DNA of 64,000 nt. It comes from the human T2T-CHM13v2.0 reference genome, Homo sapiens. Within the stretch, counting starts at the first letter, position 1, and each line of letters opens with the position of its first letter. Location: NCBI RefSeq assembly GCF_009914755.1, contig NC_060927.1; one strand, 5' to 3'. This document shows positions 14,660 to 29,648 of the stretch, in pieces. The position numbers and the translations under genes are program-made. Below the pieces are notes generated by a model, which had not been told where the DNA came from, ran no database searches, and was given only the letters and a program-made list of their open reading frames with translations.

Positions 14660-14845
14660 TTGCGCAACTAGACTAGGGTTAGGACAGCTGAGTTCTATTC
14701 TTGGTTCTGAAACTAAATGGCTCTACGACTCTCAGTAAAAGACTGACCTTTTCACGCCTAAATCTCCTCATGGTTAAATGTAGGGGAGGATCAGATGAGA
14801 TGAGTGATAAGGTCCTTCCAACTCTAAAATCCCAACATTCTGTAA
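14660..14845 (+). mobile_element. MIR (MIR3/MIRc-like) SINE
   Basis: 'ctgagttctattcttggttctg...taaggtccttccaactctaaaat'. Confidence 0.6.
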
Positions 14846-15989
14846 TAGTGCTGCATTAGATTCCAATGTTAGCGTAGTTGGAAATGCTCACTTCACAATT
14901 TTTTACCTTTTGCAAAATTCCCTGTATCAGGAGATTCAAAACATACTTTATGCCAAAACTCAGAAGGGAAAGAAATACAGCAGCCTTTTAGCTATAATCT
15001 GATATGCAGCAACTATAGTGTATGTGCAAGGTGAAGGAAGAGTGACAAAATAAGACTAAGAAAAGGAAAAACAAAACTGTCACCATTACAGGACACCAAA
15101 CCAGCCAAGACATGATGAAAGACATGGCAAGATTCATACAGGGAATTAGAGCAATCTGAGCCATTTTCTAGAACTTTCTCAATTTTAATTGGGCTTATTT
15201 AAAATTCAGTTATCCACTTTGGTGTACATGAAATAAAATCTAAAATATCACCAAGACTTACTGTACTTACAATTAGTGACAGCTCGTGAACAAATACAGT
15301 TTCTAGTAATATTGTATATAAAGCAATGCTATATATACAGATCTGGAACCCCCAGTGCTGGGTTCTTTGCCTACCTTTCTATAATTAGCTGTGTTATCTT
15401 CATTAATGAATGTGACCTTCCTGTCAGATATGTTGCTTAGCTCTAACACAATTGATTTTATTGTGATACAAAAACAATATGTTTTGGTTATGCAATCACT
15501 CACTGACTTCTATGAAATAGGTCTTAGTAAGTGGAGGGTCTGTTGTTAGCCAAGGGAATGACAAGTGTGACCACTAGGTTTGGCACAGCTGGGCCAAGAC
15601 TGCGTAATTAAGGGAAAGAGATTGAGAAGCCCCAGAGACAGGATTCTGGGAAGGGAAGCAGGAACCATTACAGCTAAGTGGTAGCGGTGAAAAAGCAGAT
15701 AAGAAAGTAGAGAAGAAGACCCAAGAGCTATAAGGCTAAGAAAAGAAACTTGGAGGGAAATGCTGTGTTCTACAAACCCTCTCTTTTTCCTCCAATTCTA
15801 AACTGTCAATAAACTATACACTCTTCAGTAATGCCTTGGTGCAAGTGGATTCTTTATTTTGAAGGTAAAGTGATTAAATCCAGTTTCAGAGGCTGACTCA
15901 TGGGTTAAAAATGCATTGTAAGGAAATGTGCTGAAATACACAAATCTGAATTTGCAGTATTGCTATCATCATAGCATGAAGGCCCTCCT

Positions 15990-16750
15990 CGATCAGAATG
16001 TGACTGGCTAGATTGCATCTAGGTTCAGTTCTGAATATGACACTTTAGCAGGGGTCTTAAACATAGACACCTTTGGGGACCAAGTTGAGTGAAAGCGGGA
16101 CAAAGACAGTAAGCACTGATGAAACCTTGAAGCTGGAGAGGGTGTGCCCAGCAGAAAGATAGTCAAATTCCTTTTGCTTTTACTTTTGGATGTAAAAACA
16201 AAACAAATAAAATAGATATTGTGTCAAGCAAAACACATCTGTGAGCCAGAATCTCTGAGTCATTACAAAATAAAAGGACATTCAAAGGAGAGTGGTCAGG
16301 ATACGAAATAACTCACAACTGTGCAGCATGTGGAACAACTGAGTGAACTGGGATCCTTTAATTTGAAAAAGTGTAGACCCTTGTGAGCCTGGTGGTTGCC
16401 TTCCAAGTATTTGAAGGTTGCTATACAGATGAGGTATTACAGATATTTTAGCTTCTCTTTAGGGGCTAAACCAGAAAAAAACTGGGCAGCCGTTAAGGAT
16501 TAAATGAGTAAATATTTGTAAAGCACCTAAAGTAGTATCTGCACAGAGTAAGCATTATCTATTAAATAAAATGAAGTTGTCTTCACAGTCAGAGTTGTCC
16601 AAAGCTTAAACGAGTTGTTTCTGTGGTGGGTAGCTGGAGCGCAAACATTCATGAGATGGTTATGAGACAGTATTCTGATAAATGAAAAGCCCACCCAGAC
16701 TTGGAGACTACCAGGGTCCAGGCCTAGATGGTTCTCGAAGGTAGCTTATA
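15990..16750 (+). mobile_element. CR1/L3 LINE remnant with nested hAT (MER45-like, ~16048-16265) and MIR pieces
   Basis: 'ggttcagttctgaatatgacacttt' and 'gaactgggatcctttaatttgaaaaag...ttccaagtatttgaagg' resemble CR1/L3 3' ORF2; very diverged. Confidence 0.45.
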
Positions 16751-17229
16751 AACCTGGACTCAATTTCATGTGCAACAGATACTTGAAGTCAAAGACGTGT
16801 CTCCTTTACTGAATGGTCTTGCATCACATTTCACTTCTCAGACAGGACTCATCCCTGCTTTGAGATGAGAATCAATTGAAGTCATAAATTAAGTACCCAG
16901 GAAAAATGAAGTATGGGGAAGGCATATGCAATCCTAGAAAGTAAGGGTGGTGTCCAGGAAGTGTGGGTACTTTGGAAAGGAAATACCAGAGCGTCCCCCA
17001 GAGTCCTTCAACAAAGGAGCAGAGAGCATAGGCGTAGTGATGAGGAGCTTCAGAATTTAGGATCTGCAATCTCTCAGAGCCACCTTTATGACGTTTTGTG
17101 AGACTGAGTCAAAGTGGACACTTTAATGTTGAATCATTCAAAATAGAAATCCATGTCTTAAAATCCCCAAAACATGGAAATGAAGAGTCACAACAAGAAG
17201 ACTGAGAAGACATCTGCAAAGTATTTTTA

Positions 17230-17604
<375 letters not shown>

Positions 17605-17949
17605 CTAGAACAAACTCTGACTGAGACAAGAAATTCAGTGCTTATGTAGGTCTGAATATCATAGGTCTGAGAACAGGGCACTTAATCCAACTGGAAAAAT
17701 TGAGAGGAAAAATCAGACCTATCTAACAATTGCATGTTGTTGCTTTGTATAAAGTAGAGTAGTTGGAAAGTAAACAGATGGGAATAAAGATTTATCAAAC
17801 ACCCCACTTCTAGCAGGCACAGTGCTAGGTGATTTACATGCATTGCCTTATCGAATCCCCATATTAATCTTGAGAAAAAAAGGTAATTTATTCCCATTTC
17901 TGCACAAGAAAACTAGAGCTCAGTTTAAAAAACTTGCCCATCTCTCATT

Positions 17950-18500
17950 AACTTGATGGATTACAAATCAATACAAATGTTTTGGAGGGTAATTCATCCA
18001 AATCTATCAAAAACTTTAAGAAGCAAAATTATTACCTCAGCAACAAAATTTTTAGCCATTTATTCCTCAGAAATACTTTTTCATGTGTGCAAAGATATTA
18101 TGTGCAATTTTCCTCATTGCAGCATTATTTGTAATATTAAAATTTTGGAGGCAACCTAACAGTTATTTGGTGAAACAAACTTATGATACATCTATATTCT
18201 AGAATACTTTGAAGGTAATAAAAATATTAAAGTATATGAAATTAAATTCATTCGGAAGAATATTTTAGTAATATTTCTTAGTATAAAAATCAAAAATACA
18301 AAAATATCATAAGTAGAAAAATTAACTTTTTATTAATAAAGTATATATACATCTGTATGGATATAGTGAACGATCTGGAACACTACATGCCACGTGATTA
18401 ACAGTAGTTACATCTAGAGAATGAGACGAAGGGCTAGAGCAGAAGAGACCACATCCTACCTTCTGCTGTTCTGTATTATTTAAACTATCTCAAACAGAAA
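17950..18500 (+). mobile_element. Ancient L1M (L1ME-like) 3' fragment
   Basis: 'cattgcagcattatttgtaatattaaaattttggaggcaacctaa' resembles the L1 ORF2 end/3' UTR. Confidence 0.6.
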
Positions 18501-21029
18501 AGTACCATTCCATTAAAAAAGATGGAAAGGAATAATGAACCCAAAGTCATACAAGCAGCCACCAGCAGTCGAGACTCATCATAGTTCCTGCTTCAGTATT
18601 GACTTCTAAGTTTACATTTTGGGATTCCTCTTCTTCTGAAATGACGTTACACTGTCTAGAGTGGAAAATGATACACAGCAGAATTATGTGAGAGAATAGG
18701 AAAAATTGTCCAAGGAAAATCAATTAAAGCATGGATGAAGGCCATGGCAGCAGCCACAAACTCATTCTTTTGCCAAGAATTAATATGTATCTCTAGATAT
18801 GAAGATGGATACAAAGAAAGTGTTGTGTCACATGAGTTTGTTTTTCTAAGAGTGTCGTTCTTTAGAGCAGGTCTAACTATTCGATTGAATTACCCCCAGA
18901 AGACATGGCTAGGTACACATAGCTATCATTGACTTTCAGATTCTCTACCAATGCATTTATATCTCCAAATTTAAATCTTCAGCATCCCCTCTGGCTTTTC
19001 TCATATAGTATCCTGCTGAAAATCAAGATTCTGATCAATCACATCCTCACAATATAAATCTCATACAAGGAAGAAGAGCTGGATTTTTAGAAACACTACA
19101 ATATTTAATAACACTGATTATAATTATTAATGAAATCTAGAACCTGGAAACAAGGTAACAGAGAGTAAAACACGAATATAAAAAATTCAGAAATATGTCC
19201 AAAGTTCCAAGAATATTGAAGGTAGACAAACTAAATGATAGTAACTTATCTCTTTGAATCAGGGCAGATTCTTACTGGCAAGGGGAATATCATGAGAATA
19301 AACTGAAGCACCCAAAGATGGTTGAACCAGATGTCCTTTAAGGTCTTTTCTTCTCTTACATGCATTTCTCCTAAAACGTCTAAGTAATAACACTTAGATG
19401 TTTCAGATGAAAATGCTCAAGGCTGATCTGCTAAGGTCTATGGTAGTCTATAACTTTCTCAGGTATAACATTAGTCCAACTTTTTCCGGCCTATTAATAA
19501 ATAAGGTAAAACCATGTTTAGAATGTGCAGTTTACTAAAGGTATTAATTTTCTATTAGATACTTTTAGAGGTAGGTCTAAATATAAATTGAATCACATCT
19601 GTAAAGTTCATTGGTCTCAGCACTTGAGTGGCAGTATCTGGCCGTGTCACTCAAACACACACGCACACTTGCACATGTGCACACACACATACACACACAC
19701 TCCTACTTGGCAATGTTAGCTCAGAGAAAACTCATATGGACTATAACACACAAGCCATTCAAAAACTTTCTCCAAAACCAAGTCAAAAGAAATGTTAGTC
19801 TACCTAGCCATTACATCCTGTCTCCTTCAAGAAAACCACTGTTTCTCTGTTTTTTGTTTTGAACCCAATGTCAGAGAGGAATAACATATTAATTTAATTT
19901 TTTAAATCAAGCAAACATAAAAAAAACTATCCCTTACTTTAAATTTAGATAAATGTGTACAAATCCAGGAAACTCCATATGAATGTTGCTCAAGTGGGGA
20001 CATTTCAGCAAAAATTGATTTTACTAAGGATACATTTACAGTGCACACTTTGCAAAAGTTACCAAGTAGCGCTGTGCTTAACAATGTACGTTCATATTGT
20101 ATGAATTAACCACCTAATGGCTACCCAGGAAATATTACAGCAAAACACATTGATGTTGGCATAATTGAGAAGCATTCATTTAAAGATAAATGTCCTATCT
20201 TTTGTAGCTGTAGGTACTGAGGATGCATTATGATGAATAATTACACAGATTAATAAGATGTCTTCAAACCTTCTGGTACTTAATGGAAGTAGTTCGATTA
20301 TTTTCAAATGAGCGTATCGTGACTCTATTGAAGGTATACTTTGCATATCACCATTCTAGGTTTTCTCATTCTGATCTTTATACTTGCCAATATCTGACCA
20401 GAAGCAGAAAGATCAATGGAAGTAATCTGAGTTTCTGAATGTACATGCAGATGAGAGTACACATGTGTGAGAGCGTGTGAGAGTGTGTGTGTGTGTCTAA
20501 ATAGCTCACTTAAGCATGGTATCATTTATCAGCCAATATCATCTGTTTGAAAATTACCTGAGACATAGAAAACAGTTGGGGAGGAAGTCCTGAGCAACAA
20601 ATAGAAATGTCTAAATGTGGAGATTAAGTAGACACATATGTAATACAACTAGTGGCTTAGAGAAGGTATTCAATAAATGATCACTATATTATTATCATCA
20701 TTATTGCCTCTGTATGGCTACACAGAGAACCTGAAATCACTAACAAACTTATTTAGCCTTAAAGCAGATAAGAAGCAATCAGCTGAAATGGAGGACACAT
20801 TTTGCTATAGTCAGGCCTGCTTACAATAGCAAAGAGTTACAGCTAGCATTCTAACAATAAAGAAAAAATATAAAGAAAATTATAAAAGACAAACATAACT
20901 TAAAGAGCAGCATGCGCCAGGACATTTGCGCCAGGACAAATAGTTTAGACTATTTGTAGCCAGAGAGAGCATCACTTAATCTTTGCGAAACACACACTTT
21001 ATGTTCTTAATGATGACACTGTTAAAAAT

Positions 21030-21255
21030 AGCAGCTGTGGAGTCAGACATATCTGAGTTCAAATCCCAGCTCTACCACCCTGTGGTTTTGTGATCTTGGT
21101 TAAGTTGCTTAACCATGATTCTCAGTTTACTGCTCCCTTAAATAAAGATTCCATCTCTTCCTCACAGTACACTAGGTCTAAATGAAATGTTGAATGTATG
21201 TGGCTAACACAGGGTCCACCACATGGAATCCACTTAGGTAACTACATTATTATTA
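21030..21255 (+). mobile_element. MIR SINE
   Basis: 'ggagtcagacatatctgagttcaaatcccagctctaccac...tgtgatcttggttaagttgcttaacc'. Confidence 0.8.
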
Positions 21256-21986
21256 ACATATTTTGCTTAAGAAAACATAGAAATGTGTGATTAAAGGTCC
21301 CTTTCAAATATTTTAATGTTATAAAACAATGCTGTCATGTAAAGAGGTAATTTTTAGTTATCTAGAAAATTAACATATGGAAAGCCTAATTTCCATATGA
21401 CACTGCAGTTAGACTTGGTTTATAATTTAATATATACTCAGACACAGATAAGAAGATATGTAATCACAGACAGAAAGAAAAAGTAGTTTCCCTTTCTCCT
21501 TTTTATCTGAGTCAAAGCAAGTTCATAAACGTCTCAGACTTTAAAGCCTGTTGACTAATTGTTGAAGCTGGGCCAGCCACTACACCACTGTGAGTGTAAC
21601 TACACCAGCTTGGATGTATGTTCCTGCTATGTTTCTTTCATGATACTTTCCTGTTTCCCTTTTTGAAACCACAGACAAAATCTGGATCCCTCCAGATTAC
21701 ACATTCATAAATGCCAGTGATATCTTGAACACTCATAATGTCAGAGGAAGGAATTCCGCTTGGAAAGAGCACAAAACCTTCTGATGACATTCATGCTATA
21801 ATCATGGGGATAGTCAATCAGCTTAATAGTCACAGTACTTCAAAGCTCTTAAGAGGAATGGTAAAAGGAAAGGGAGAGAAATACATCATAACCAGCACTT
21901 TTCCAGTGCTTAGAAGACACTCAAGGAATACTTATTGAACTAATAAATGCATTTATCCTACCTGGAATGTGTAGAGAAATCTTTAA

Positions 21987-22013
21987 GATGATAGATAGAT
22001 AGATGATAGATAG

Positions 22014-22044
<31 letters not shown>

Positions 22045-22062
22045 GATGATAGATAGATAGAT

Positions 22063-22112
<50 letters not shown>
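21987..22112. repeat. Complex (GATA)n tetranucleotide STR
   Basis: GAT(GATA)3 GAT(GATA)7 AATA(GATA)2 GAT(GATA)3 GAT(GATA)12. Confidence 0.98.
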
Positions 22113-22148
22113 CTGAACTAGGACCTTGGTTTAAAAGAGTTCAGTCTC

Positions 22149-22697
22149 TGTATTATTCAGAACTGTTTTGGATATAAATGACAGAAACACATTTCAAATA
22201 CATCCAACCAAATATGAATCATATTGGCTTATATAAGTAAAAATATCAGGAGTTGACTGGCTTAGCATAGCTGCTCAAAAATGTTCTCTCTTTATTTCTT
22301 GGCTCTTTTTCTTTTGGGTTGGCTACATTTTCCAGAAGTTTTTCCCCATGTATTAGGAATAAATAGCCACCAGAAGCTTCAGAACTACATAGACTTTGCC
22401 CTCAGTAGGACAGAGAGGCAATCTCTTCAAACATCCAAATAATTACCTTAAAAGAGGACTTCAAGTGAAGAGACCCTGCTTAAATCTGATTGGCCCCACA
22501 CGATCATGGTGGCTAATCACAATGGTTAGAAACATAGCACATTCTAATTTACCACCTCGGTTCATGTAACCACATCTGCGGTGTAGAGGGGCGCACTACC
22601 CTTTGATTCATAGCCTCATCCAAATCACAGTAAGAGAAAGAGGCAATTTCCAAATGAAAAGGATGTAGAAGAAACAAAATAATAGATGCCACCTACA
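22149..22697 (-). mobile_element. Old MaLR solo LTR (MLT1J/K-like)
   Basis: TG...CA termini (tgtattattcag...cctaca), 'aatgacagaaac' and 'tctgattggccc' motifs typical of antisense MLT1. Confidence 0.6.
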
Positions 22698-24642
22698 GCT
22701 TCTTCCATAAATTACTTTTACATCCTTGGTTGCTTCCCTCCTTGAGCCTCCATAGTACTGTAGTCAGTTGTTTACAACCGCCGGACTGCCTCAGGATTTA
22801 AACATTCTGAGTAGAAAAACATGTTTTCCTCACAGCCTGGTGTATTGAACATCATCTGCCTCTTTAATTTAAAGGGATAACTTCTGCAAAACCACTTTGT
22901 AAACTGTAAAGAATTATATAAATGTAAATATTTAGGATAATGAATTTAATTGCCTTCAACCTTCTGAAAGAGTTAAAAGTCAGCCCTTCTGTCTCAAAAT
23001 TCAGTGATTTTCAAGGGGTAATGTAGAACTGCTTCCAGCAATAGCTTCTGCATCTATGCCTCCTTCAACTTATATCTGTTTATTGCATGCCTTTTTTTCC
23101 CTGATTTATAAAGGAAAGGGGCTGAAGATGAAATTTTAAAACTGTGTTATTATCTTGAAACGCAACTCCTATAGTATTCATTGCAATATTATTTCTCTAC
23201 TCCTGGCACGGAGCAAGATTATTTGGAATGTAGCCATGTCTGTTTTTCTTTTCTTTTGTTAGTAATGACATCTAATCTGGTAGCATTGGCTCTTTCTCCT
23301 ATGCATGTTATTTCTTTTAATCTTCAGAATGAAGTAGTTTGTTTTCAATATTCCCCAATATCTTTGTAGTGCCTTACAAGTCATCACTATCTTGAAACCA
23401 GTCTCTCACCCATTGAAAGTGGTTTCCTAGTTTTCATGTATTTTTAATTATGCTGGGAGACAAATCATAACCCTCTCAAGGAGGACTATGTTTTATACAT
23501 TTTTTTAAATCATTCACAACACCCTGCAATCAAAAAAGTCCCCCACAATTTTTTTAATTTAGTCTGAGAAATTAGGAAGTCATTAGACAAAACGTGAAAA
23601 TATTTCAAGAAGACTAGAAACTTACCTCATTAAAATGAACCCAACTGCAATAGAAGGTCATTATAATTAAAATATTTCCAGTCCCTTCTGAACATTGACC
23701 AAAGGTAATGATACCTTTTTTTTTTTTTTTTTTTTTTGCTCTTGGTAAAGTAAATGTTTCCTTTGTTAATAACTCAGTATAACAAAGACTTTTAGTCCTC
23801 AGTTCTTTTCACATAATTGTCACTAGCTATTGTGGAGAGAAAAAACCCTGAACACTTGATTCTGGAGCAAAGAACAAGTGAAAAAAGGAGCAGAAGGCAC
23901 CAGCTAAAAGAGCAAAACCTTACAAAGAAATGACTGTCAAGAAAATATGATATGCAGCAATTTTTATTCTCACAAAAATGGGGGTAATAGGTAATATAAT
24001 TAATGAACTCTGGTAAGAAGAAAAGGAGCTTTGACCACAAAGATATGCTATCTTACTTAACAATTTACACCAAAGTTTTATCTGTTTTGCCTCATAGGAT
24101 GCAACCATTCAACAATGCTTTGAAATAGCTATTATATGTTCATCACTTTGGGATTGGGAAACTGTGTTTCAGACTTAAAGTGGTTTTCCCAAGAAAGCAA
24201 GGCTAGCCACATTCTGATGTAAACATTTTGTACTGTTTCCACGATGTCACAGAGGCTAATATTTTCTTCCACAAATTAACTATAAACTTTTAAAACACTG
24301 AATTACTATGTGTACTTTAAATATAATCTCTAATTTATTACAATTTTATTCTTTCTACTTTTTAGTTGCTCTATATACCTATGTGGATGTGTAGCAGAGT
24401 CTTTTGTGATTTTTTTTTTAATCAAGCTTCACGGCTTTCCCTGGCTCTATTTGACAAAAGTGTTTTGTTGTTGTTGTTGTTCTTTTACCACAAGTGACTC
24501 TGTTTTGAAACTGACAACTTTCACATTTACCCTTTTGATCAAGATCTAATAATGTGTTACATAAATATATGGTGAATAAATAAATAAAATAGAAGGAATA
24601 TTTGTAGGTAAGGCAAAATCTGTGGATCTGCCTTTTCCTTAT

Positions 24643-24644
<2 letters not shown>

Positions 24645-24681
<37 letters not shown>
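24645..24681. repeat. (TA)n microsatellite
   Basis: About 18 uninterrupted TA units beside an L1 tail. Confidence 0.95.
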
Positions 24682-24682
<1 letters not shown>

Positions 24683-24696
24683 TTTTTTCTGTTTCA

Positions 24697-25204
24697 CTTA
24701 TTTATGTATTTGTTTATGTATTTATTTTACTTTAAGTTCTGGGATACATGTGCAGAACATGCAGGTTTGCTACATAGGTATACACGTGCCATGGTGGTTT
24801 GCTGCACCTATCAACCTGTCATCTAGGTTTTAAGCCCCACATGCATTAGGTATTTGTCCTAATGCTTTCCCTCCCCTTGCCCCCAAACCCCTGACAGGCC
24901 CCGGTGTGTGATGTTGCCCTCCCTGTGTCCACGTGTTTTCATTGTTCAACTCCCAATTACGAATGAGAACATGCGGTGTTTGGCTTTCTGTTCCTGTGTT
25001 AGTTTGCTGAGAATGATGGTTTCCAGCCCATCCATGTCCCTGCAAAGGACATGAAGTCATTCCTTTTTACGGCTGCATAGTATTCTATGATATACATGTG
25101 CCAAATTTTCTTTATCCAGCTTATCACTGATGGGCTTTTGGGTTGGTTCCAAGTGTTTGTTATTGTAAATAGTGCTGCAATAAACACACGTGTGCATGTG
25201 TCTT
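24697..25204 (-). mobile_element. 5'-truncated L1PA (L1PA7/8-like) 3' end
   Basis: 'tttaagttctgggatacatgtgcagaacatgcagg' 3' UTR plus ORF2 C-terminal remnant (ORF track 'FIAALFTITNTWNQPK'). Confidence 0.93.
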
Positions 25205-26216
25205 TGTTTCCCACTCTGTAAATTACTGTACAAGTGTAAGATTTATTTTTTGAATTTAAAATTCTGCCATTCTGAATATTTCAAATGAATGTTACACAAT
25301 CATTTCTCCAAGCAAATGGAAACATTTCCAGGGGTAGCTGCACAGCATATACAAAAGAAGGGTGGTTGGTCAATGCGCATTTTTTGTGTGAGTGAGTATG
25401 ACAGTTTAGTATAGAGAGAAGAGACTTTCTGGCAGAATCATGCCACTTGCTTACTTAACTGGCTCAACAAAGCTATACAATTATATCCATACATAGAATG
25501 CATGACTACCTATTTAACAGAGTAGCTAAGGAAACAGAAAATCACTGATTTTTCTCAAGGGAAGAATCATCCAAAGAACAAGTGCTATCTTGTCTGTTTT
25601 TATCTATATGCTACTCTCAGCTAATACTGATGATGAAAGATTATCAAGAATCTCCAACATATGACCTTAGTATATAAAAATATAGTTGTTTAGAACATGA
25701 TATCTAGTAGTAATAACAAAGGAAATGTATTAATCTTCTGCAAAATTCCAGTGCTATCTCTACTACCTTTGAAAAAGACTTGCAATTTTGTGCATTTTGG
25801 TTGTTGATTTACTTCTCCCCACTTTACTTCTGCATCTTTAAAAATAAAACAGCAAGATAAAACAAAGGGAAATCCTAGCATCTTTGAGGGAAATGTGGAT
25901 TCCATGGATAATGACATTATTCATCCAGACTCAGTCCTCAGAACACCACTTACATAGGAAGAAAAGCAATCAGCAAATATAAATAACCTAATCAAGTCAT
26001 AGTCTAGGAAGTTATGACTTTAAAGAATAAAAACCTAAGCAAATGCTTGGAATAACTAAAATAAATGAATCTAAAACTGTTTACTAATGTTATAACTGGA
26101 CACGTTTTAAGTAGGTTTTTTCATTTATTTACGAATTCATACAGTAAATATTGTAGTAGGTTCTCCAGAAACTATTATGAACAAAATGTGAAAATGTAAA
26201 TACATTTGAGGAAGAA

Positions 26217-26513
<297 letters not shown>

Positions 26514-26649
26514 TAAGTAACAACTCCAAAAGTTTATGAATTAAGGTCTAAATCAGTAGTATAGATATTAATAAGTGCAACCAGAGTTTCTGGAATTGTT
26601 TTACATTCAGTCTTAAAGCCAGTTCCGTATTTGACCAAAGATTTGATTT

Positions 26650-26963
26650 GGCTGTGTACAGTGGGGACTCATGCCTATAATCCCAGCAATTTGAGAAACC
26701 AAGGCAGGAGGATTGCTTGAGCTCAGGAGTTCAAGTCCAGCCTGGACAATGTGGGGAGACCTCATCTCTACAAAACATAAAAAAAAAAAAAAAACTAGCC
26801 AGGTGTGGTGGTGCATGCCTCAACTCAGCAACTTGGGAGGCTGAGGTGGGAGGATTGTTTGAGCCCAGAAGGTCAAAGCTGAAGTGAACCATGATTGTGC
26901 CACTGCATTCCAGCCTGGGTAACAGAGTGAGACCCTGTCTCAAAAAAAAAAAAAAAAAAAAAA
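26650..26963 (+). mobile_element. Alu (AluJ-like)
   Basis: AluJ diagnostics 'ggaggattgcttgagc', 'gagcccagaaggtcaaagctg'; poly-A tail. Confidence 0.95.
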
Positions 26964-27229
26964 GGCTTTTATTTAGCAGCAGTGTTGTATGAGACATGGC
27001 ACTAAGCAATATGAGAGATAAACTGCTTTCTACACATTTAGTGTTTAATAGAAAAATGTAAGGCATTCACTCAAATAAAGCTGTGATGCCTGTGAAAGGA
27101 GAGATGAAAATGATCAAGAAGTGTGTAAGAGAGAAATTTCCCACGTAGAGGAAATAAAGAAACTTCACAGAGCGAGGTTGCTGTGAGAAGCAAATGGCAT
27201 AATATACATTAAAGCACTCTGTAAATTAT

Positions 27230-27900
27230 AAAATTATGTTCTAATGTTAGATGATTTTTTCCAAGAATAGAGCCAAACATGTGGCACTCTAAATTCGACA
27301 CCAAGAAGGACAGTTGAATTAGTCTCTTTTAGATATAAGAACAGAGGTCCTCTAAGAACACGGAAACCAAGGAAACACACCTCTTGCCCCAAACAAGGAG
27401 ATGTTAGGTAGTGCAGGTTCCCATGGAGGAAATGAGGGAAGCAGAAGCTTGTTTGGAGATCAGGCTGCACTGAACACACAGGCAGCAGGCTGTGACTCTT
27501 CACGCTCTGACTCTACCATTTTAACCTGGCTCCTCCTGGGGCTTCAGAACTAAGTGAGCCTTATTCCTTCCGGACATATCTTATCTCTTTGCCTTTTAAG
27601 TATTTCTTCATGTTCAACTTGTCTCTATCCCTGTTGGACTCATTGCAGCTTACAACTGCTTTCTATTCATGTTTTTACTTCCACAGCCACCATGTAATGT
27701 TGATTCTCTTTATGGCTTTTGCTGCAAATTCCTAAGGGAGGGAATCTGCCTGTTTGGCTTATCTTTTCTCATCCAGTCCGTGTCAGACATCCCTGTCTAA
27801 CTTAAGGATCGGCTGCCCTTGAGTCGAGTGCCCAGCTGTTGCCCAGTCAGCTTTAATCAGGGTGGAAGTGTTGTGTGGTTCAAGGCCTGACCATCTAGAT
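27230..27900. mobile_element. Probable ancient LTR (MLT1-type) remnant
   Basis: 'gggagggaatctg...ttggc...cccagtcagct' MLT1-like motifs; highly diverged. Confidence 0.35.
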
Positions 27901-27915
27901 TTTATCCTTCATTCA

Positions 27916-28371
<456 letters not shown>

Positions 28372-29648
28372 CTATGGAAATAATAAAATATCTAACGAGA
28401 ATGGGAGTGAGGAAAGAGATGAGATACTGGTTTGGGCTGGGTAGTTACAGAAGGAAGGGGACTCAGTGAATAGAGAGCAGGGTGAGTTGGGTTCTGGGGT
28501 AGGGGGTTATGTCACATCACCACAAGTAAAATATACCAAGACTGCTAAGTTTATTAGCATCATTCCAATCCTCCTCCCAACCAGGGTCAATATTAACATA
28601 CCAAGTTTAAAATATGAATACTAACAATTGTGAGCTGTGACGAATCAACTTCCAAACATGTAGAAGCACAAATCAAAGAAAATAAAGATACCATCTAGTG
28701 ATAGTCAGAACTGACGGTAATTTTGCTGTGATTTCTACTCCACAGGATTATTGACAGGATACAACTAATATGAAATAAAAGATATAAAAGCATTTGTGAA
28801 CCAAAGGACTTTATATAGATACACAGGATCATAATCATTACCAGTATAAACTACAGTAAAGGGAAGAACAGTGAGTCCCATGCCAGGTAGGCATCCACCA
28901 ATCTCACTTTTTAGAAATTGTGAGTAATAAAAAAATGCTTGCAATACATACTTATGATGTGTGAGGGAGAGAAAATTACCAAGCTTGAACTTTATAGGGA
29001 AAAAATTTTTATGTCCATATATTTATGTCATCCCTGTTGGTAACACTGTGAACACTGTTTAAAATCAAAATCTCTTCATTTCACCATTTATTTAGCCTAA
29101 GTACATTGCAATTTCTACAGCTGGATCTCACAGAAATATGATTTTTAACTCAGAAGTTTGTCCCAGTTTTAGAGGTTATATTTTCAGTCCTGCCACCTTT
29201 CCTATATCACTCTAAGCTTATACAAAATCAGATAAGGGGGTGGCTGGTAAGATGGCTGAATAGGAACAGCTCTGGTCTGCAGCTTCCAGCAAGATCAATG
29301 CAGAAGGCGGGTGATTTCTGCATTTGCAACTGAGGTACCCGGCTCATCTCATTGGGACTGGTTAGATAGTGGGTGCAGCCCACGGAGGGCAAGCAGAAGC
29401 AGGGTGGGGCGTTGCCTCACCCAGGAAGCACAAGAGGCTGGGGAACTCCCTCCCCTAGCCAAGGGAAGCTGTGAGGGACTGTGCCAAGAACTAGGCACTC
29501 GGCCCAGATACTGCTCTTTTCCCATGGTCTTTGCAACCTGCAGACCAGGACATTCCCTTGGGTGCCTATACCACCAGGGACCGGGGTTTCAAGCACAAAG
29601 CTGGGCAGACGTTTGGGCAGACACCGAGCAAGCTGCAGGAATTTTTTT

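Noticed and set aside
15490-15880. Possible ancient LTR (AATAAA near 15808, purine-rich body)
   Set aside because: Termini and TSD could not be defined; too diverged to call by eye
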